From SAR86 cluster bacterium (GTDB taxonomy: Bacteria; Pseudomonadota; Gammaproteobacteria; Magnimaribacterales; D2472): a stretch of DNA of 64,000 nucleotides. Below, piece by piece: positions 58,804-64,000 of this stretch. The translations under genes and the position numbers were made by a program. The stretch is from the NCBI GenBank assembly GCA_018607365.1, contig JABBBT010000031.1:3338-67337 (forward strand). The letters run 5' to 3'. The number at the start of each line of letters is the position of its first letter. The first letter of the stretch is position 1. The notes under the pieces are model-generated. The model had not been told where the DNA came from. It ran no database searches and worked only from the letters and a program-made list of their open reading frames with translations.

Positions 58804-58880
58804 GGGCCTGTAGCTCAGTTGGTTAGAGCAGTGGACTCATAATCCATTGGTCGTAGGTTCGAGTCCTACCGGGCCCACCA
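58804..58880 (+). tRNA. tRNA with CAU anticodon, most like tRNA-Ile2 (lysidine type); elongator tRNA-Met not excluded
   Basis: 77-nt cloverleaf folded by hand: acceptor GGGCCUG/CGGGCCC, D arm GCUC-AGUUGGUUA-GAGC, anticodon arm GUGGA-CUCAUAA-UCCAU, variable UGGUC, T arm GUAGG-UUCGAGU-CCUAC, encoded CCA. Confidence 0.9.
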
Positions 58881-58924
58881 TCTTCTTCTGTTAAGCTATA
58901 CTCCTTATCTTTAGGGAGTAATCA

Positions 58925-60229
58925 ATGTCTAATATAATTAACGAATCCTTTGTATTGCCATGTGGGCAAGTAATTAAAAATCGTATTTGCAAAGCAGCGA
59001 TGACTGAACGAATTGCTAAAGGCAACAATTTGGCGCATCAAGGACATGTCAATTTATATGAGAGATGGGCAGATGGTGATATTGGCATCTTATTAACCGG
59101 CAATGTTCAAATTGATCGTCGAAATATAGAAGGGCCAGCAAATGTAGTTATAGATTCAAATAACTATAAAGAACAATTAGATGATTTAAAGGCATGGTCT
59201 GCAGCTGGAACAAAAAATAATACTCAGCTATGGATGCAAATCTCACATGCTGGCAGACAAACTCCTGGTGAAATAAATTCCTCACCTTTAGCGCCCTCAG
59301 ATATTGGTTTAAAAATTCCTGGAAAGAATTACGGCATCCCAACCCCTATGACTGAAGAGGATATTTTAGATGTTATAGAAAGGTTTGTTTTCACTGCAAA
59401 AATTGCTAGAGAAGCAGGCTTTACTGGCGTTCAATTTCACTCTGCACATGGTTATCTTTTATCAGAGTTTTTATCACCTGATATCAATAATAGAACTGAT
59501 GCATGGGGTGGAAATATTCAAAATAGAGCTAGAATTCATTTAGAAATTATTAAGAGATGCAGAGAAGAGGTGGGAACAGATTTCCCTATTTCAGTAAAAC
59601 TAAATTCTGCAGATTTTCAAAAAGGTGGGTTTACAGCTAGTGAATCTATTCAAGTTGCACAGATGCTTGAAAATGAAGGCGTGGATATTATAGAAATTTC
59701 AGGAGGTACATACGAACAACCCAAACTAATAGGTGTTGATGATCTAAGTATTAACCCTAAAAGAAATGAAAAAAGAAAAGAAAGCACTGTTGCTAGGGAA
59801 GCTTATTTTCTTGAATACGCCCAGGACATCAGAAAGGCAGTTTCTTTGCCATTAATGGTTACAGGAGGATTTAGAACTAAGGATGGTATCGAAGACGCTT
59901 TAAAAAGTAATATTTGCCAAATAGTTGGAATAGGAAGACCATTATGTGCAGACCCTTACTGTGTCAAAAAAATGATAGCAGGTGAGCTGAAAGAATTACC
60001 AAGTCTTGAAAAAACTCTTTCACTGGGACCTTCAATCCTTTCTCCTTCCAGTCCGTTTACTATAATTAAGGTAATTAATGCATTTGGTGCAATGGCATGG
60101 TTTTATCAGCAGATTAAAAATATGTCTCAGGGATTAATGCCTAATCATAAACAGAAACTTTTTAATGCCTTTAGATCAGACATGAAAGCTGACAAAATTG
60201 CAGTAAAAGATTATTTAGATAACCATTAA
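58925..60229 (+). CDS. Old-Yellow-Enzyme family NADH:flavin oxidoreductase (FMN domain only)
   Basis: QISHAGRQ, HSAHGYLLSEFLSP, R.D.WGG and GFRT motifs of the OYE/2,4-dienoyl-CoA-reductase FMN barrel. 434 aa. Confidence 0.85.
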   Translation: MSNIINESFVLPCGQVIKNRICKAAMTERIAKGNNLAHQGHVNLYERWADGDIGILLTGNVQIDRRNIEGPANVVIDSNNYKEQLDDLKAWSAAGTKNNTQLWMQISHAGRQTPGEINSSPLAPSDIGLKIPGKNYGIPTPMTEEDILDVIERFVFTAKIAREAGFTGVQFHSAHGYLLSEFLSPDINNRTDAWGGNIQNRARIHLEIIKRCREEVGTDFPISVKLNSADFQKGGFTASESIQVAQMLENEGVDIIEISGGTYEQPKLIGVDDLSINPKRNEKRKESTVAREAYFLEYAQDIRKAVSLPLMVTGGFRTKDGIEDALKSNICQIVGIGRPLCADPYCVKKMIAGELKELPSLEKTLSLGPSILSPSSPFTIIKVINAFGAMAWFYQQIKNMSQGLMPNHKQKLFNAFRSDMKADKIAVKDYLDNH

Positions 60230-60403
60230 ATAACTAATTTTTAACCTCAGTTTTTTACTCGGATAAATACTTTCTATAATATTATTTAAACCCCATAAAT
60301 TTTGATTTACAAAATTAAAAAAAAGGCGTAAATTTATTAAAAACGCTTATGTAAATTATATACATTAAGTAGTCATAACTTTAAATTTCGGGGGGAACTT
60401 AAT

Positions 60404-61708
60404 ATGACCAATCCAAATCACCCTAGTGTTGATCAAAGCGATCGCGTAGTACCTTATAACCTTAGACAGAGCGGCCGAACGCCTGTTCAGATGTTGATTT
60501 CAACTCGAGTTAGGAAGTCACCTTTTTGGCATCTTTCTCATGAAGCTGGTTGCTGGAGAGCAACTGTTTACAATCGTATTTATCACCCAAGAGGTTATGT
60601 AAAACCTGAAGATGGCGGTGCTATGGTTGAGTATGAGGCATTAGTGAATCGAGTAACTATGTGGAATGTTGCTGTTGAAAGACAGATAAGAGTAAAAGGA
60701 CCTGATGCAGAAGCTTTTACTGATTACGTTATTACTCGTGATGCAACGAAGATTGAACCAGGAAATGGTAAATATGCAATTTTGTGTAACGACAAAGGCG
60801 GAGTTCTTAATGACCCTGTTTTATTAAGATTAACAGATGATGAATTTTGGTTTTCAATTTCAGATAGTGATTTATTGCTATGGTTGCAAGGCGTCAATGT
60901 TACTAAAAAATATGATGTAATTATTGATGAGATTGATGTATGCCCTGTCCAGATTCAAGGGCCTCTTTCAGAAGATCTTATGGCTAAATTAGCTGGTGAA
61001 GAGCTTAGAGATGTTCCTTATTATGGAATTATGGAAACTCAAATTGGTGGTGCAGATGTTGTTATTAGCCAAACAGGGTTCACTGGAGAGAAGGGATATG
61101 AAATTTATGTCCGCGATGCTCATCAGAATGCAGAAAAAGTATGGAATGCAGTTCTTGAGGGGGGTGAGGAATTTGGTTTAATGGTAATTGCTCCAGCTCA
61201 CCATCGAAGAATTGCTGCCGGTATTTTATCTTGGGGGCAAGACTTAGATCATGAAACTTCACCCTTTCAGGTTAACCTGGCCTACCAAGTGCCTCGTAAT
61301 AAATCTGCAGATTATATTGGTAAAGAGGCGCTTGAAAAACAACGCACTATGATCGACCAGGGAACGCCACCATTTAAAATGAGAATGGTTGGAATAACTC
61401 TTGGAGGAAAAGAAATAACAGACTATGCTCCTGATTTTTGGCTAATAGCAGATACCGATGGAAATGACATGGGTTATGTTACTTCTCCTTGGTGGTCTCC
61501 TGAACTGGGTACAAATATTGCTCTTGCATGGGTACCGTGGACCTCATCAGAGGTTGGAACAAAATTATTAGTCAGGTTGCCTGATGAGTTTTCTGAATCA
61601 CCTGGAGTTCCAGTTGACGGTGAAATTGTAGATGTTCCATTTAGAGAGTCTGTGAACCCAAACAAAAGGGAAGTTCAATTAGCAAAAGGATTAGACTTCG
61701 CTGATTAA
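60404..61708 (+). CDS. GcvT/aminomethyltransferase-family (THF-dependent) protein with N-terminal extension
   Basis: GcvT-fold segments (VAVERQIRVKGPDAEAF, NDKGGVLNDPVLLRL, QTGFTGEKGYEIY, C-terminal barrel). About 60 aa precede the usual start. Strong GGGGGA Shine-Dalgarno. Confidence 0.8.
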   Translation: MTNPNHPSVDQSDRVVPYNLRQSGRTPVQMLISTRVRKSPFWHLSHEAGCWRATVYNRIYHPRGYVKPEDGGAMVEYEALVNRVTMWNVAVERQIRVKGPDAEAFTDYVITRDATKIEPGNGKYAILCNDKGGVLNDPVLLRLTDDEFWFSISDSDLLLWLQGVNVTKKYDVIIDEIDVCPVQIQGPLSEDLMAKLAGEELRDVPYYGIMETQIGGADVVISQTGFTGEKGYEIYVRDAHQNAEKVWNAVLEGGEEFGLMVIAPAHHRRIAAGILSWGQDLDHETSPFQVNLAYQVPRNKSADYIGKEALEKQRTMIDQGTPPFKMRMVGITLGGKEITDYAPDFWLIADTDGNDMGYVTSPWWSPELGTNIALAWVPWTSSEVGTKLLVRLPDEFSESPGVPVDGEIVDVPFRESVNPNKREVQLAKGLDFAD

Positions 61709-61738
61709 AAACTAAAGCTTATATAACTTAAATTTCAT

Positions 61739-61764
61739 GCAGGTTTGAAAGATTTCAAACCTGC
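61739..61764 (+). terminator. perfect palindromic hairpin after the GcvT-like gene
   Basis: GCAGGTTTGAAA-GA-TTTCAAACCTGC (12/12 complementary). No long T-run. Confidence 0.5.
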
Positions 61765-61802
61765 TGTATTAAAAATTCTCTTTAAATAAGTTAATATAAA
61801 TC

Positions 61803-63032
61803 ATGGATTATATTACCTATGCAGTTCCCTTTTTCTTATTAGCTCTTTTAATAGAATTGGTATATGGAATAGCAATAAAGAAGAATACCTATAGATTAAA
61901 TGATGCTATCAGTAATTTATTTATGGGAACGCTGCGAACTGCAAATAAATTAATTATTATTGGTGCAGCAGGTTATGTTTTTTATATAGCAGAATCTAAA
62001 TTTGCATTATGGCGAATGGATGCATCGTCAGCTTTTACTTGGATTTTTGCATTTGTTATTTATGATTTTTTTTACTACTGGTTTCATCGAATTAGTCATG
62101 AGCGTCAGATTTTCTGGGCATCTCATGCAGCACATCATCAAAGCGAGGACTACAATCTCAGTACTGCTTTGAGACAAACAGGTACTGGTGCATTTGTGAG
62201 TTGGGTTTTTTATATACCTATGTTTCTTATTGGAATACCTTCGTATGTATTTGTAAGTGTTGCTTCATTAAATCTTGTCTATCAGTTTTGGGTTCACAGC
62301 GAGCATATTCCTAAACTTGGTTGGTATGAAAACTATTTTGTGACTGCTTCAAATCATAGAGTTCATCATGCTCAAAATGAACAATATATTGATAAGAATT
62401 ATGGTGGAGTCTTTATTATTTGGGACAGGATGTTTGGCACTCATAAGGTGGAAGACGATAATGAAGCTTGCATATATGGAATAAGAAGCACATTAAATAC
62501 TTTCAATCCTATTTGGGCAAATCTTCATGTTTACGTCAAAATAGCAAAAGAAATGTGGTTATCAAAAAAATGGAAAGATAAGCTTTACGCTCCGTTTGCT
62601 AGAACAAGCTGGACTCCTGAAAGTCTTCCTGTAAAAACAAGCAAGGATAATTTCAACCCTGTAACATTTAAAAAGTATGATCCTGTTATCAGTAAACGTC
62701 ATAAAGCCTATGCTCTTTTTCAGTATTTATTTATAACTTACATTTTTTTAGCTTTTATACAAAGTGGTTACTTAAATTATCTTCAGCTATGGGTCACCAT
62801 AAGCATGATGACATTTACTATGTATTGCACGACCATGTGGTTTGATGGAAAAGAGATAACAAAAATAGAAATAGTTAGACTAGCCTTGTGCTTCTTAATA
62901 GGCATGTATGCCTATCTTGAAATTTCATTAGCATCAATTGCAATAAGCGTATTGATTTATTCAATTATTAATTTATTAGTTTTACCATTAATAAATAACT
63001 CCAAGGCAATACTTGAGGCTCAACATTCTTAA
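61803..63032 (+). CDS. membrane fatty-acid-hydroxylase-superfamily di-iron oxygenase, alkylglycerol-monooxygenase-like
   Basis: Eight-His motif HRISH / HAAHH / HRVHH, with SEDYNLSTALRQ and IDKNYGGVFIIWDRMFGT. 409 aa with an additional C-terminal multi-TM region. Confidence 0.8.
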   Translation: MDYITYAVPFFLLALLIELVYGIAIKKNTYRLNDAISNLFMGTLRTANKLIIIGAAGYVFYIAESKFALWRMDASSAFTWIFAFVIYDFFYYWFHRISHERQIFWASHAAHHQSEDYNLSTALRQTGTGAFVSWVFYIPMFLIGIPSYVFVSVASLNLVYQFWVHSEHIPKLGWYENYFVTASNHRVHHAQNEQYIDKNYGGVFIIWDRMFGTHKVEDDNEACIYGIRSTLNTFNPIWANLHVYVKIAKEMWLSKKWKDKLYAPFARTSWTPESLPVKTSKDNFNPVTFKKYDPVISKRHKAYALFQYLFITYIFLAFIQSGYLNYLQLWVTISMMTFTMYCTTMWFDGKEITKIEIVRLALCFLIGMYAYLEISLASIAISVLIYSIINLLVLPLINNSKAILEAQHS

Positions 63033-63184
63033 GACCTTACATCCATTGCTATAGAAGAGGGAATTATTTGCAGTAATATTTATTTTCATAAATATTACAA
63101 TTCTTCACTTGTATCTCACATTACTGTTACTAATAGTATTTATATTAGTTGTTCAATCCATTCCCCCTGTGATTGAAATTCAAT

Positions 63185-63225
63185 AGAGGCAATGATCAAC
63201 CCTGGTTATTGTCTCTATATTTTTT
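63185..63225 (+). terminator. intrinsic-terminator-like hairpin in the 336-bp spacer
   Basis: AGAGGCAAT / ATTGTCTCT 9-bp stem (one G-U) with a 14-nt loop, followed by ATATTTTTT. Confidence 0.55.
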
Positions 63226-63245
63226 ACTCCTTTTAATTTATATTG

Positions 63246-63335
63246 ATGGATATGACTAAGTGGAAATTTCTTTTTATATTATTTCTTGCTTTGCTATTGC
63301 CGGTAGTCTTTATTAGAATATTCATTGGTTATTAA
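63246..63335 (+). CDS. possible 29-aa hydrophobic micro-ORF
   Basis: ATG..TAA encodes MDMTKWKFLFILFLALLLPVVFIRIFIGY (one TM helix). No obvious Shine-Dalgarno. Listed only as a possibility. Confidence 0.2.
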   Translation: MDMTKWKFLFILFLALLLPVVFIRIFIGY

Positions 63336-63368
63336 AGACTAAATTATTTGAATACTAAGGAGAGTTTT

Positions 63369-64000
63369 AATGATTGATTCATCTAAATCTATAGAAGCAT
63401 GTGCTGCATATTATGGAAATGATGCTGAGGCTATGAAGAATTATTTACTTGAAGGAGAAAAGAGAGCGCTTAATTTAAAGAATCGTGGTCCCATCTCTTT
63501 TGAAAACGATGGAAGTCTTGCAAGCAATATACGACAGGCTTATTCAAAATATGGCTTCTATATATTTGAAGGAGCATTAAGTGATGAGGAAGTAAGAGAT
63601 ATCAAAGATGATATAAAAGAATTACGATCCAAATTTCCAACAGGCCCTGAAAGCACAATTACCGCAACTGGCGAGCCAGCCATGAATGCAGACTCAAAGT
63701 CTCTTACATTATTGTGGTCAAAACCCCTTGGAGATCCACTCGGAGGAACTGAGCTTGCAAATGGAAGGCATCAAATCAAAATGTTTGAACCAGAAGCAAA
63801 GGAAGATGCTCCTATGGCAGTGCCCTTAATACTGCTTGGCTCTTTACAATTTTCTGATGCATGCCTTCGAACCTACGCAAACCCTAATATTTTACGTGTA
63901 GCTGAATCAATCAATGGCAAAGATTTTGCGCCATTCAATGAGGCATTATTTATAAAAGAACCCGGTGTCGGTGCTGCAGTCTCATGGCATCAAGACGGAG
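63369..64000 (+). CDS. PhyH-family Fe(II)/2-oxoglutarate dioxygenase (5' part; runs off the window)
   Basis: AAGGAG Shine-Dalgarno 6 nt upstream of the ATG. The translation ends ...GVGAAVSWHQDG, the H-x-D iron motif context of phytanoyl-CoA-dioxygenase-like proteins. Not in the ORF track because it has no stop within the window. Confidence 0.72.

Noticed and set aside
60230-60403. Possible glycine or THF riboswitch upstream of the GcvT-like gene
   Set aside because: I looked for the conserved GGAGAG...ACCGAAGGGGCAA-type glycine aptamer cores and for G/C-rich helices. The spacer is almost pure A/T with no such elements.
58881-64000. Genomic-island boundaries (integrase, direct repeat of the tRNA 3' end)
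   Set aside because: No integrase or recombinase ORF is present, and I could not spot a copy of the tRNA 3' segment (GAGTCCTACCGGGCCCACCA) downstream by eye. Island status therefore remains an inference from position and spacing only.
1-64000. CRISPR arrays, IS elements, prophage, toxin-antitoxin or restriction-modification/defence gene clusters
   Set aside because: No regularly spaced repeats were seen. No transposase, integrase, phage structural, methyltransferase or nuclease genes were seen either. The only helicase (41394-42560) lacks any partner gene typical of defence systems.

Overview
AT-rich (roughly one-third G+C by eye), very gene-dense chromosomal segment. It looks like a streamlined marine-type gammaproteobacterium. 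Gene order repeatedly matches pseudomonad/oceanospirillale-like core operons; a SAR86-like lineage is only a guess. I can support about 70 protein genes, one tRNA, a sigma-54 promoter and several stem-loops. I saw no rRNA, CRISPR array, IS/transposase, integrase or phage genes. Most content is housekeeping: mutY-yggX, gpmA, a glnII-ntrB-ntrC operon, yqiB-yqiA, ubiC-ubiA, a rubredoxin below the ORF-track cutoff, a DAACS symporter and a membrane pyrophosphatase. It continues with yicC-gmk-rpoZ-spoT-ridA-pyrB, ribE-pyrE-rph and rpsU/tsaD-folB-folK. There is an 8-gene overlapping chain lptD-surA-pdxA-rsmA-apaH-cca-SDR-kinase. A 10-gene chain runs SDR-amgK-murU-rpe-DUF192-trpEGDC and ends in a translationally coupled minimal SF2 helicase. 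The remainder is coq7-purD-purH-fis and rsmE-gshB-tonB-like-ruvX-dnaG-rpoD. Only the right end looks accessory: a YrbL-like kinase-fold gene divergent from a TonB-dependent receptor plus secreted beta-propeller phytase, then a 316-bp non-coding gap and a tRNA(CAU). After the tRNA comes a loosely spaced block of oxygen/THF-dependent enzymes (OYE flavoprotein, GcvT-family protein, AGMO-like membrane hydroxylase, PhyH dioxygenase). I found no convincing defence or mobile system. The best leads are the tRNA-flanked oxidative block, the phytate locus with its YrbL-like partner, GSII replacing GSI in the gln-ntrBC operon, the rubredoxin-symporter-predicted Na+-PPase cluster, and the trp-coupled helicase. 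All functional calls come from motif recognition by eye and remembered family knowledge, not from searches.
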